Shown here piece after piece: positions 22,330 to 32,800 of a DNA stretch of 64,000 bases. The notes below the pieces were generated by a model, which worked only from the letters and a program-made list of their open reading frames with translations, searched no databases and was not told the DNA's origin. Position 1 is the stretch's first letter. Each line of letters opens with the position of its first letter. The stretch is taken from assembly GCF_034638445.1 (NCBI RefSeq), contig NC_132969.1, positions 255,423-319,422 on the forward strand. The letters are read 5' to 3'. The translations under genes and the position numbers were made by a program. The DNA comes from Ciconia boyciana. Its lineage: Eukaryota.

Positions 22330-23030
22330 CACACACACACACCCCCTCCCCTCCCCCACCCTGCCAGGCCCCTCGGGTTTCCCCCTCCCCCATCACCGGG
22401 TCCCCTCCCCTGGTGCGTTATGGGGACAGGGATTGACCCCTCCCCCCCCCCACTGCAATGCATTGTGGGTACAGACCCCCTCAGCCCCGCCCCTTCCGCA
22501 ATGCACTGTGGGTACAAACCCCCTCAGCCCCACCCCCGCAATGCATTGTGGGTACAGACCACCCTCAGCCCCGCCCCTTCTGCAATGCACTGTGGGTACA
22601 GACCCCACTCAGCCCCGCCCTCGCCATAACCCCACCCCCTCCACAATGCACTGTGGGTACAAACCCCTCAGCCCCGCCCCCAATGCACTGTGGGTACAGA
22701 CCCCCTCAGCCCCGCCCCTTCCGCAATGCACTGTGGGTACAGACCCCCCTCAGCCCCGCCCCTTCCGCAATGCACTGTGGGTACAGACCCTGCTCAGCCC
22801 CGCCCCTCGCCATAATCCCGCCCCCGCAATACACTGTGGGTACAAACCCCTCAGCCCCGCCCCCCAATGCACTGTGGGTACAGACCCCCCCTCAGCCCCG
22901 CCCCCTTCCGCAATGCACTGTGGGTACAGACCCCCCCTCAGCCCCGCCCCTTCCGCAATGCACTGTGGGTACAAACCCCCCTCAGCCCCACCCCCGCAAT
23001 GCACTGTGGGTACAAACCCCCTCAGCCCCC
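22330..23030. repeat. Minisatellite, ~57-bp unit caatgcactgtgggtacagaccccctcagccccgcccc(ttccg) (INO80E intron 1)
   Basis: ~12 tandem copies read directly. Confidence 0.85.
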
Positions 23031-23120
23031 ACCCCTCATCTCTCCCCCCGCCGTGCCCCCCCCCGCCGTGTCCCCGCCCCCGGCCGCGTCCCCGCCCCCG
23101 CCGTGCCCCGCCCTCCTCAC

Positions 23121-23204
23121 GTAGAGCAGGAGCTTGAGGCGCCGCTTGAGCGCCCGGTACCGCCGCTTGTAGCCGCCGCCATCACCCTCGGCCGCCCCGT
23201 TCAT
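23121..23204 (-). CDS. INO80E: INO80E first coding exon (MNGAAEGDGGGYKRRYRALKRRLKLLLY)
   Basis: Minus-strand ATG is the reverse complement of 23202-23204. Human is [27 protein letters not shown]. Donor GTGAG is the reverse complement of 23116-23120. Confidence 0.88.
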
Positions 23205-23480
23205 CCCCCGCCGCCGCCGCCGCCACGATCCCGGCAGCCCCGCGCCGCCGCCGCTCCCCATTGGCCGCCTCCTCCCCGCGCCGCCTCCCCATTGGCTCCC
23301 CACCCCCCGTTGCGCGTCCCGCCCCCTCCCCTCCCCATTGGCCGCCTCCCCGCCGCGCCGCGCGTCCCGCCTCCCCCCAAACCACTCCTCATTGGCTGCA
23401 GGCGCGGCGGGCGGGGAGCGCTATTGGCTGGCGCCGCGCGAGGCTCCGCCCCCCGCGGTGCGCGCGGACGGAAGGCGGCG
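23205..23480. promoter_or_regulatory. INO80E / HIRIP3 bidirectional promoter: five inverted CCAAT (ATTGG) boxes (23249, 23291, 23338, 23389, 23422) in a CpG-rich 277-bp spacer between divergent ATGs
   Basis: The repeated motif cccattggc and the head-to-head ATGs at 23204 (-) and 23481 (+) match the shared promoter arrangement of the human pair. Confidence 0.7.
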
Positions 23481-23512
23481 ATGGCGGCGCGGGGCGAGCG
23501 GAGCGGCCGAGG
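23481..23512 (+). CDS. HIRIP3: HIRIP3 putative first coding exon (MAARGERSGR..)
   Basis: ATG in gcggcgATGg. Human begins MAREKEMQEF. Donor GTAAAG at 23513. The assignment rests on position and weak similarity. Confidence 0.45.
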
Positions 23513-23646
23513 GTAAAGGGGGGCGCGGGGGTTGTGGGATACTGGGGGACCGGGGAGGGGCGGGGCGGGGAGGCGGTGACCCGCCCCGCCGCCGCCGCCG
23601 GAAGGGGCGGAGCCTGCGGGGGGAGGAGGCCCCGCCTCCCCGGAAG

Positions 23647-23948
23647 TGGGGCGGGAAAGGGTGGGAGGGAGGGGGAGAGGAAGAGGAAGAGGAAGGCGGG
23701 GAAAATGGGGAAAGCGGGGAGAAACGGGAGCGGGAAGGGGAAAAGGGCGGGGAAACGGGGGAGGGGCAAAGGGGAGGGGGAGGAGGAGGAAGAGGAAGGG
23801 GAGGAGGAGGAAGAGGAAGGGGAGGAGGAGGAAGAGGTGCCTCAGCAAAATGGGGTGAAAATGGCCAAAAACAGGAGCGGGCACCCAAAGGCCCTGAAAA
23901 TTGGGGGGGAAAGGTGCAAAATTGAGAGCGAGGAAGAGGAGGAAGAGA

Positions 23949-23979
<31 letters not shown>

Positions 23980-24586
23980 AGAGGAAGAGGAGGAGGAAGA
24001 GAAGCTGCCCCACAAAAACGGGGTGAAACCGGGCAAAAACAGGAGCGAGAACCAAAAGACCCCGAAAATTGGGGGGAAAAGGTGCAAAATTGAGAGCGAG
24101 GAAGAGGAGGAAGAGGAAGAGGAAGAGGAAGAGGAAGAGGAGGAGAAAGAGGAAGAGGAGGAGAAAGAGGAAGAGGAGGAGGAAGAGAAGGAAAAACAGA
24201 AGCTGCCCCAGAAAAATGGGGTGAAAACGGGCAAAAACGGGAGCGACAAACAAAAAAAGCCGCTGAAAACTGGGGGGAAAAGGGGCAAAATTGGGAGTGA
24301 GGAGGAAGAGGAAGAAGACGAGGAAGAGGAGAAGCTGTCCCAGAAAAATGGGGTGAAAACAGGCAAAAATGGGAGTGAGAACCGAAAAAAGCCCCTGAAA
24401 ATCGGGGGGAAACGGGGCAAAATGGAGAGTGGGGAGGAAGAGGAAGAGGAAGAGGAGGAGGAAAAGGAAGAGGAAGAACAAAAGCAGCCACGCCGGAAAA
24501 ATGGGGTGAAAACGGGCAAAAACGGGGGCGAGAATCAAAAAAAGCCCCTGAAAATTGGGGGGGAAAGCGGCAAAATGGAGAGTGAG

Positions 24587-24648
<62 letters not shown>

Positions 24649-25165
24649 AGACGAGAAAGAGAAGAAGCTGCCCCGGAAAAATGAGGTGAAAAAGGTCAAA
24701 AAGAGGAGCAAGGCTGAGAACGACAAAAAGCCCGCGAAAAATGGGGGGGAAAAGGGCAAAACGGACAGTGAGGAAGAGGAGGAGGAAGAGGAAAAGGAGG
24801 AAGAGGAGGAGGAAGAGCGGCCCGTGAAAAATGGGGTGAAAAAGGGCAAAACCAGGAGCGAGCATCAAAAAAAGCCCGTGAAAAATGGGGCAGAAAAGGG
24901 CAAAATGGAGAGTGAGGAAGAGGAAGAGGAGAAAGAGAAAGAGGAAGAAGAGGAGGAAGAGGAAGAAGAGGAGGAAAAGCCGCTCCTAAAATCCGGGGGG
25001 CAAAAGGCCCCCGCAAGGCCGGAGCCTGTGAAAAACGGGGCGAAAAGCGGCAAAACGGGGAGCAAGGAGGAAGAGGAGGAAGAGGCGGGGAGGAAGAGGC
25101 AGAGGCGGGAGTCTTCCTCCTCCTCTTCCTCGCTAGAGGAGGAAGAGCGGGCCCCCCCCCGCAAG
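23647..25165 (+). CDS. HIRIP3: HIRIP3 large acidic coding exon with ~8 internal repeats (EEEE..KLPQKNGVKTGKNGSENQKKPLKIGGKRGKMESEEEE)
   Basis: A 1.5-kb stop-free frame rich in Glu/Lys/Ser with KNGVK motifs, like the human HIRIP3 central region (PAKNGVAAE..). It ends ..SSSSSLEEEERAPPRK at the GTAACC donor (25166). The acceptor at 23645-23646 (ccccggaag|t) is tentative. Confidence 0.7.
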
Positions 25166-25179
25166 GTAACCGGTGCTCC

Positions 25180-25990
25180 TGGGGACGGGAAGGGGGTGGG
25201 GGATTTGGGGGTCTTTAATATTTGGGGGGGTCGGGGGGCATTTGGGGCGGGGGGATTTGGGGGGTCTTTAAGGCTGGGGGGCTCAGAGGGGGATTTGGGG
25301 GGTCTTTAATATTTGGGGGGCAGGGGGGGGATTTGGGGGCTCTTTAAGCCCGGGGGCTCAGAGGGGGATTTGGGGGCTGGGTGGGGCTTTTGGGGTCTGG
25401 GGGAGAATTGGGGGATCTTTAATATTTGGGGGCTCTGGAGGGGGCATTTGGGGGCTGGGGGATTTGGGGGCCCTGGGGGGTCTTTGACACCTGGGGGGCT
25501 TGGGAGGAGGATTTGGGGGGCTGGGGTGGATTTGGGGGGTCTTTAATATCGGGGGGCTCTGGAGGGGGCATTTGGGGGCTGGGGGGGGGATTTGGGGGTC
25601 TTTGACCCCTGGGGACTCAGGAGGGGATTTGGGGGGTTGGGGGGCTTTTGGTGTCTGGGGGGATTTGGGGGGTCTTTAATATTTGGGGGGCTCTGGAGGG
25701 GTTTATGGGGTCGGGGGGGATTTGGAGGGTCTTTAATATTGGGGGGCTGAGGAGGGGATTTGGGGGCTGGGGGGATTTGGTGTCTGGGGGAAATTTGGGG
25801 GGGTCTTTAATATTTGGGGAGGCTCAGGAGGGGCCATTTTGGGGCTGGGGGGACATTTGGTGCCTGGAGGGGGCGCTTTGGGGGTGCCTGGGCGTTATTT
25901 GGGATCCTGGGGGGATTTGGGGGTGCAGGGGGATTTGGGGGTGCCTGTGGGGGGCATTTACCATCTCGGGGGCTGCGGAGGGCACTCACA
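25180..25990. repeat. Minisatellite (~40 bp: gggggatttgggggtctttaatatttgggggctctggaggg) in a HIRIP3 intron
   Basis: Read directly. Confidence 0.8.
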
Positions 25991-26026
25991 CCCCCTCCCC
26001 CACGTTTTGGGGGAGCCCCCCCCCAG

Positions 26027-26191
26027 GTTTCGGGGCGCCGGGGGGGGGGCCCCCCCCCCGTGCGGCGCCTGAAGCGCTACATCCGGGCGTGCGGGGCGCG
26101 CCCCAACTACAAGAAGCTTTTGGGGGGCTGCCGCAGCCTGCGGGAGAGAGTTGGGGTGCTGCGGGGGAGCTGCAGGCCCTCGGCCTCACCG
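26027..26191 (+). CDS. HIRIP3: HIRIP3 coding exon (conserved C-terminal domain, part 1); it contains an apparent 1-bp gap
   Basis: Acceptor cccccccccag (AG 26025-26026). VSGRRGGGPPPVRRLKRYIRACGARPNYKKLLGGCRSLRERVGVLRG matches human AVMRLKRYIRACGAHRNYKKLLGSCCSHKERLSILRAE. The frame then shifts to ..GELQALGLT(G) (human AELEALGMKG). Donor G|GTACTG near 26192. Confidence 0.7.
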
Positions 26192-26199
26192 GTACTGGG

Positions 26200-27560
26200 G
26201 GGCCGGGGGGGCGGTTTGGGGTGCGGGAGGGGTTTGGGGGGCTACAGGGGGTTTGGGGGTGCGGGAGGGGTTTGGGGGGGCTACAGGGGGTTTGGGGTGC
26301 GGGAGGGGTTTGGGGGCGCTACAGGGGGTTTGGGGGGCTACAGGGGGTTTGGGGTGTGGGAGGGGTTTGGGGGGCTACAGGGGGTTTGGGGGTGTGGGAG
26401 GGGTTTGGGGGGCTACAGGGGGTTTGGGGTGTGGGAGGGGTTTGGGGGGCTACAGGGGGTTTGGGGGTGCGGGAGGGGTTTGGGGGCTACAGAGGGGTTT
26501 GGGGGTGTGGGAGGGGTTTGGGGGGCTACAGGGGGTTTGGGGTGCGGGAGGGGTTTGAGGGGGATACAGGGGGTTTGGGGGGCTACAGGGGGTTTGGGGT
26601 GCAGGAGGGGTTTGGGGGGCTACAGGGGGTTTGGGGGCATCAGAGGGGGTTTTGGGGTGCGGGAGCGGGTTTGGGGGATACAGGGGGGCTTGGGGGTCCC
26701 AGAGGGGGATTTGGGGTGCAGGGGGCTACGGGGGGTTTGGGGGGCTATGGGGGTTTGGGGGCATCAGAGGGGGTTTTGGGGTGCGGGAGGGGTTTGGTGG
26801 GCTACAGGGGGTTTGGGGGTGCGGGAGGGGGTTTGGGGGGCAGGGGGGTTTGGGGGGCTACAGGGGGTTTTGGGGTGCAGGAGGGGGTTTGGGGGGCTAC
26901 AGGGGGTTTGGGGGCATCAGAGGGGTTTTGGGGTGCGGGAGCGGGTTTGGGGGATACAGGGGGTTTGGGGAGGGGGCATCAGAGGGGGTTTTGGGGTGCG
27001 GGAGCGGGTTTGGGGGATACAGGGGGTTTGGGGGGCTACAGGGGGTTTGGGGGCATCAGAGGGGGTTTTGGGGTGCGGGAGCGGGTTTGGGGGATACAGG
27101 GGGGCTTGGGGGTCCCAGAGGGGGATTTGGGGTGCAGGGGGGGCTACGGGGGTGGGAGAGAGGAATTGGGGGGGGGGGGGGCATTTTGGGGGGCAGAGGG
27201 GCTCAGGAAGGGGTTTTGGGGGGCTGGGGGCGATTTGGGGGTGCAGGGGTTATTCTGGGGAGCAGGAGGGGCACAAAATGGGGCATTTGGGGGCCATTTT
27301 GGGGGTGCAGGGGTTATTTTGGGGAGCAGGGGTATTTTGGGGTCCAGGGGGACATTTTGGGGTCCGGGGGGCATTTTGGGGTGCAGGGCATATTTTGGGG
27401 AGCATGGGTATTTTGGGGTCCGGGGGGCCCTTTTGGCGCTCGGGGTGGGGCATTTTGGGGCTCAGACCGGGCATTTTGGGGCTCAGGGCAGCCTCGGGAA
27501 GGGGGTTTTGAGGGCTGGGGGTGATTTGGGGTGCGGGGGTGGTTTTGGGGGCCCCTGACT
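26200..27560. repeat. Minisatellite (~31 bp: ggggtttggggggctacagggggtttggggtgcgggagg) in a HIRIP3 intron
   Basis: Read directly; ~40 copies. Confidence 0.85.
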
Positions 27561-27579
27561 CCCCCATCCCCATCCCCAG

Positions 27580-27670
27580 GCCCCCTCCCTGGCTCGCTGC
27601 CGCCGCCTGAAACGCCGCCGCGAGGAAGCGGCCGAGCTGGCGGCGCTGGACGTTGCCAACATCATCCCCG
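27580..27670 (+). CDS. HIRIP3: HIRIP3 coding exon
   Basis: Acceptor ccccatccccag. APSLARCRRLKRRREEAAELAALDVANIIP(G) matches human TPSLGKCRALKEQREEAAEVASLDVANIISG. Donor GTAACA at 27671. Confidence 0.85.
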
Positions 27671-27752
27671 GTAACACCCCCTCCCCACCGTACCCCTAAA
27701 CTCCCCCTCAATTTTTCGGGGCACCCCTTAAACCCCCTTTTTATTCCCTCAG

Positions 27753-27877
27753 GCCGAGCCCGCAGACGCAACGGCTGGAGCCCCCAAATCCCCCGCGAGG
27801 AAACGGGGGCCCCCCTTCCTCCCGTCGACTGGTCGCGCCTTCGGGGCGTCATCAGCTCCGACGGCGAGAGCGATTAA
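27753..27877 (+). CDS. HIRIP3: HIRIP3 terminal coding exon with TAA stop
   Basis: Acceptor ttattccctcag. (G)[40 protein letters not shown] matches human GRPRRRTAWNPLGEAAPPGEL...PPDWSHMRGIISSDGESN*. Stop at 27875-27877, followed by an A15 tract and ATTAAA. Confidence 0.88.
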
Positions 27878-28169
27878 CCCCCCCCAAAAAAAAAAAAAAA
27901 TTTAAAAATTAAACTATATTCATTCCAAAGAGATTTTTTGGGGGTGTTTTCACGTTCTTTTGGGGGTGCTGTAAAAATTTGGGGGGGGTCAATATTTACG
28001 CTGACGGAGGAAAAAACCCGGGGGGCGTTTTGGGGGGGGTCTTCTCCTTCCAGCTGGAAAAGATCTCGCCCCGTCCGGAGAATTTGTTCTTCTAATTTCT
28101 TGTGCCGTTTCATATCCGATAAAACTTTATCCAGGCGAGCTTCCCGCTTCTGCCCGCGCGTCGGGGGGC
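27874..28169 (-). CDS. PAGR1: PAGR1 terminal coding exon; as written the ORF stops at 27874-27876 and overlaps the HIRIP3 stop, but the conserved C-terminus is read in another frame with its stop at 27989-27991
   Basis: Minus strand: acceptor aaatccggcag, then (G)[45 protein letters not shown].. matching human [44 protein letters not shown]. The +2 frame reads ..[10 protein letters not shown] (human ..LFPRQRKY*). The as-written frame runs through the poly-T tract (..[10 protein letters not shown]). Confidence 0.7.
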
Positions 28170-28290
28170 CTGCCGGATTTATCGGGGGGCTAGCGAATAG
28201 CGGGGTCCCCCCTTTTATTTAATTTAAAAAAAAAAAAAAAAAGAAAAAGAAAAGAAAAGGATGGAGGCGGAGGGATGGGGGCGCGCTTAC

Positions 28291-28373
28291 CCGGCGTTCG
28301 CCGCCGATCGATGAGGGAATTTTTGGGGGTGACGGGTTCGTCGTCGAAGTCGAACTCGGTGGGGACGGGCGGC
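28291..28373 (-). CDS. PAGR1: PAGR1 coding exon 2
   Basis: Minus strand: acceptor ttttccccttccag, then (K)[27 protein letters not shown](G). Human is [28 protein letters not shown]. Donor GTAAGC. Confidence 0.88.
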
Positions 28374-28379
28374 CTGGAA

Positions 28380-28560
28380 GGGGAAAAAGCAAATAAAAAT
28401 AAAAATAAATTCTGTAATAAAAGCAAAATCTTCTAATAAAAGCAAAATCCTATAATAAAAACCAAATCTTCTAATAAAAACAAAATCTTCTAATAAAAAC
28501 AAAATCTTCTAATAAAACCAAAATCCTATAATAAAACCAAAATCCTATAATAAAACCAAA
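28380..28560. repeat. AT-rich ~20-bp tandem repeat (aaaatcttctaataaaaacaaa)
   Basis: Read directly; at the 3' edge of PAGR1 intron 1 (minus orientation). Confidence 0.85.
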
Positions 28561-30125
28561 ATCTTCTAATAACAATAATATCGTACATTATCATGTTATT
28601 GTTTGTATTATTATATGCATTACATATGTATAATAATATTAAAATATAATATGATAATATAGTAAATAATATTTAATATTACATCATATTACATGATATA
28701 ATATTAAACTATATTATACAATAATACTCTATATTATATAATCACATTTTATATATTATATAATAATATGTAACATAATATTATATTATATATATTTAAA
28801 TATATAACATCATAATATAATGTATTATATATATAATATGTATTTTATAATATATAACATATAATAATACATTAGTATATATTAACACCTAATAACATAT
28901 ATTAATATGTAATATATATTTTTATATATAATACATCATATATGTATATTTAATATATTATATATATACTACATAACAAAACAATAATGTTATCATAGTA
29001 TAATACTATTTTTATGTATTATAAATTAGTAATAGTATCGTAATTATTAATCGTATCATATTATTATGATATTATGATAATCATACGGTGTTATTAATTG
29101 TATGACACAGTATAATACTATTTTTAATGTATTATAAATTATTAATAGTATCGTAATTATTAATTGTATCATATTATTATAATATTATGATAATCATAGG
29201 GTGTTATTAATCATGACATAGTATAATAGTAATTTTTATACATTATAAATTATTAATAGTATCGTAATTATTAATTGTATCATATTATTATTATATTATG
29301 ATAATCATAGGGTGTTATTAATCGTATGACAGAGTATAATACTATTTTTTATATATTATAAATTATTAATAGTATCGTAATTATTAATCATATCATATTA
29401 TTATAATATGATAATCATAGGGTGTTATTAATCGTATGACACAGTACAATACTATTTTGTATGTATTATAAATTATTAATAGTATTGTAATTATTAATCA
29501 TATCATATTATGATATTATAATCACACGGAGTTATTAATCGTATGACATAATATAATACTATTTTTTATGTATTATAAATTATTAATAGTATTGTAATTA
29601 TTAATTGTATCATATTATTATGCTATTATGATAATCATAGGGTGTTATTAATCGTATGTCATAGTATAATACTACATTTTAGGTATTATAGATTATTAAT
29701 AGTATTGTAATTATTAATCGTATCATATTATTATGATATTATGATAATCACATGCTGTTATTAATCGTATGACATAGTATAATACTATTTTGTATGTATT
29801 ATAAATTATTAATAGTATTGTAATTATTAATCGTATCATATTATTATGCTATTATGATAATCATACCGTGTTATTAATCGTATGTCATAGTATGATACTA
29901 CATTTTATGTATTATAAATTATTAATAGTATTGTAATTATTAATCGTATCATATTATTATGCTATTATGATAATCATACGGTGTTATTAATTGTATGTCA
30001 TAGTATGATACTACATTTTATGTATTATAAATAATTAATAGTATCGTAATTATTAATCGTATCATATTATTATGATATTATAATCACACGGTCTTATTAA
30101 TCGTATGACATCATACAACACCACG
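28560..30125. repeat. AT-rich satellite, ~118-bp unit (..tattataaattattaatagtatcgtaattattaatcgtatcatattattatgatattatgataatcatagggtgttattaatcgtatgacacagtataatactatttt..), ~13 copies inside PAGR1 intron 1
   Basis: Read directly; estimated ~80% A+T inside a window that is otherwise >65% G+C. Confidence 0.9.
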
Positions 30126-30208
30126 TAGAAAAAACGCTAAAAAGAATAAAAACGAGGGGAGGGGATTTGCCCCCCCCCCCGCAATCGGCCGCGGCGCCGC
30201 CATCTTAC

Positions 30209-30576
30209 TTCTCCTCCTCTTCCTCCTCGCTTTCGGGCTGCCCGGCGGAGCGAGGTTCCTCCTCGCTGTCGGGTTCGGGGGTCGGCGCGCGCCGAGGGAG
30301 AGGAACGTGGCGGAGAGGAAGGCTCCCGGTTTCGGCGATGAGTTCGTAAAGTCGTCGGATATCGGGGGGCGGCGGTAACCAACCGTCGGGGGGTTCCCCT
30401 TCTTCTTCGTCGCTCCGAGGAACCCCCCAATCTTCTTCCTCTTCTTCCTCGAGCGTCGCCGTTTCTTCCGCCGCTGGGTTTTCTCCTTCGAGCGGCGGCG
30501 GTTCCGCGGCGTCGGCGACGGCGAGGGATTGCAGCCCCGACGTCACCTCCGCCGCTTCCTCGCTCGCCGGCTCCAT
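30209..30576 (-). CDS. PAGR1: PAGR1 coding exon 1 (acidic N-terminal region)
   Basis: Minus-strand ATG in gcggccATGg is the reverse complement of 30574-30576. [88 protein letters not shown] matches human PAGR1 (EVTSGLQALAVED...DWCVPCSDEE..EIQRLYELLAAHGTLEL..LPRRPPTPEAQSEEE). Donor AA|GTAAGA is the reverse complement of 30203-30208. Confidence 0.85.
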
Positions 30577-30599
30577 GGCCGCTTGCTTGAGGAGGGGAG

Positions 30600-32450
30600 G
30601 GGAGGGGTCAGGCGGCCCCCAAAAAAGCTGCGATTCACCCCAAAAGGGGATGGGAGGAACCGGCGGGCCAGGCCTGAGGTGATCCCGGTGCCCGTAGGGC
30701 CGCCATTTTGAGGCCTGAGGTGGTCCCATCACCCCTGGGGCCGCCATTTTGAGCCCTGAGGTGATCCTGGGGCCGCCATTTTGCGCCCTGAGGTGATCCC
30801 ATCACCCCTGGGGCCACCATGTTGAGCCCTGAGGTGGTCCCGTCACCCCTGGGGCCACCATTTGGAGCCCTGAGGTAGTCCTGGGGACGCCATTTTGCAC
30901 CCTGAGGTGATCCCATCACCCCTGGGGCCACCATGTTGAGGCCTGAGGTGGTCCCGTCACCCCTGGGGCCACCATTTGGAGCCCTGAGGTAGTCCTGGGG
31001 ACGCCATTTTGCGCCCTGAGGTGATCCCATCACCCCTGGGGCCACCATGTTGAGGCCTGAGGTGGTCCCGTCACCCCTGGGGCCACCATTTGGAGCCCTG
31101 AGGTAGTCCTGGGGACGCCATTTTGCGCCCTGAGGTGATCCCGTCACCCCTGGGGCCACCATGTTAAGCCCTGAGGTGGTCCCGTCACCCCTGGGGCCGC
31201 CATTTTGAGCCCTGAGGTGATCCTGGGGCCGCCATTTTGCGCCCTGAGGTGATCCCATCACCCCTGGGGCCACCATGTTGAGCCCTGAGGTGGTCCCGTC
31301 ACCCCTGGGGCCACCATTTGTAGTCCTGGGGACGCCATTTTGAGGCGTGAGGTGATCCCATCACCCCTGGGGCCACCATGTTGAGGCCTGAGGTGGTCCC
31401 GTCACCCCTGGGGCCACCATTTGGAGCCCTGAGGTAGTCCTGGGGACGCCATTTTGCGCCCTGAGGTGATCCCGTCACCCCTGGGGCCACCATGTTAAGC
31501 CCTGAGGTGGTCCCGTCACCCCTGGGGCCACCATTTGGAGCCCTGAGGTAGTCCTGGGGACGCCATTTTGCGCCCTGAGGTGATCCCGTCACCCCTGGGG
31601 CCACCATGTTAAGCCCTGAGGTGGTCCCGTCACCCCTGGGGCCGCCATTTGGAGCCCTGAGGTAGTCCTGGGGACGCCATTTTGAGGCGTGAGGTGATCC
31701 CATCACCCCTGGGGCCACCATTTGGAGCCCTGAGGTGATCCTGGGGCCGCCATTTTGCGCCCTGAGGTGATCCCATCACCCCTGGGGCCGCCATGTTGAG
31801 CCCTGAGGTGGTCCCGTCACCCCTGGGGCCGCCATTTGGAGCCCTGAGGTGGTCCCGTCACCCCTGGGGCCGCCATTTGGAGCCCTGAGGTGGTCCCATC
31901 ACTCCTGGGGCCGCCATTTTGACCCCTGAGGTGGTCCTGGGACGGCTATTTTGAGGCCTGAGGTGGTCCCATCACCCCTGGGGCCACCATGTCAAGCCCT
32001 GAGGTGGCCCTGGGGCCATCATTTTGGGCCCTGAGGCAATCCCATCACTCCTGGGGCCACCATTTAGAGCCCTGAGGTAACTTCACACCCCTGGGGCCAC
32101 CATTTTGAGCTCTGAGGTGGTCCCATTACCTCTGGGGCCAGCATGTTAAGCCCTGAGGTAGTCCTGGGGCCACCATTTTGAGCCCTGAGGTGATCCCATC
32201 ACCCCTGGGGCCACCATTTTGAGCCTCGAGGCCATCCCATCACCTCAGAGGCCGCCATGTCGAAGCCTGAGGTGATCCCGTCCCCCCTGGCACCGCCATG
32301 TCGAGCCCTGAGGTAACCTCACACCCCTGTGGCCGCCATTTTGAACCCCGAGGCGACCCTCACACCCGCAGGGCCGCCATCTTGAGGCCTGAGGTAACTC
32401 CAGCCCCCTCACACCCCTGCAGCCGCCATGGCGAGCCCTGAGGCGACCCC
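30600..32450. repeat. Minisatellite, ~41-42 bp unit (gccctgaggtggtcccgtcacccctggggccaccatgttgag) with a ~120-bp higher-order structure, immediately upstream of the PAGR1 ATG
   Basis: ~45 tandem copies. Each unit carries a Kozak-like gccaccatg on the plus strand. Confidence 0.85.
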
Positions 32451-32589
32451 TGCACCCCCCTCACGCCCCTTCCCAACACTCACCCGGCCCAGGCGGCCTC
32501 CGGACCGGCCGGGGACAAGGACGGGCCCCTCAGACGCCGGACGCCATTTTGTTCCAGCTCCCGCCTTTTTTCCGCTCTCCCCCCTCCCC

Positions 32590-32800
32590 GTTACTACGCA
32601 TGCGCGGGGAGGGACCCGTCACTGAGGGGGGGCGCGCATGCGCAGAGCGACCCGCGCACCGCCTCGGCGCTGTGCGCATGCGCGGCTCCGCTCCGCGCCC
32701 CGGCGGGTTCTCCCAGCCCCGCCCCTTGCTTCGCGGTGGGCGTGGCATGTGCGCGGCCCCGCCTCCCCCCCCTCAGTCGGCGCATGCGCAGGAGGCGGAG
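32590..32800. promoter_or_regulatory. CpG island with four NRF1 palindromes (GCGCATGCGC at ~32597, 32638, 32674, 32783); candidate PAGR1 distal promoter or an independent TSS
   Basis: Motifs read directly; the island is ~2 kb upstream of the PAGR1 ATG, beyond the 41-bp array. Confidence 0.45.

Noticed and set aside
30577-30747. N-terminal extension of the PAGR1 ORF ([24 protein letters not shown].. starting at 30747)
   Set aside because: The extension is read-through into the 41-bp repeat array. The internal ATG at 30576 has a strong Kozak context (gcggccATGg) and aligns with the start of conserved PAGR1 sequence.
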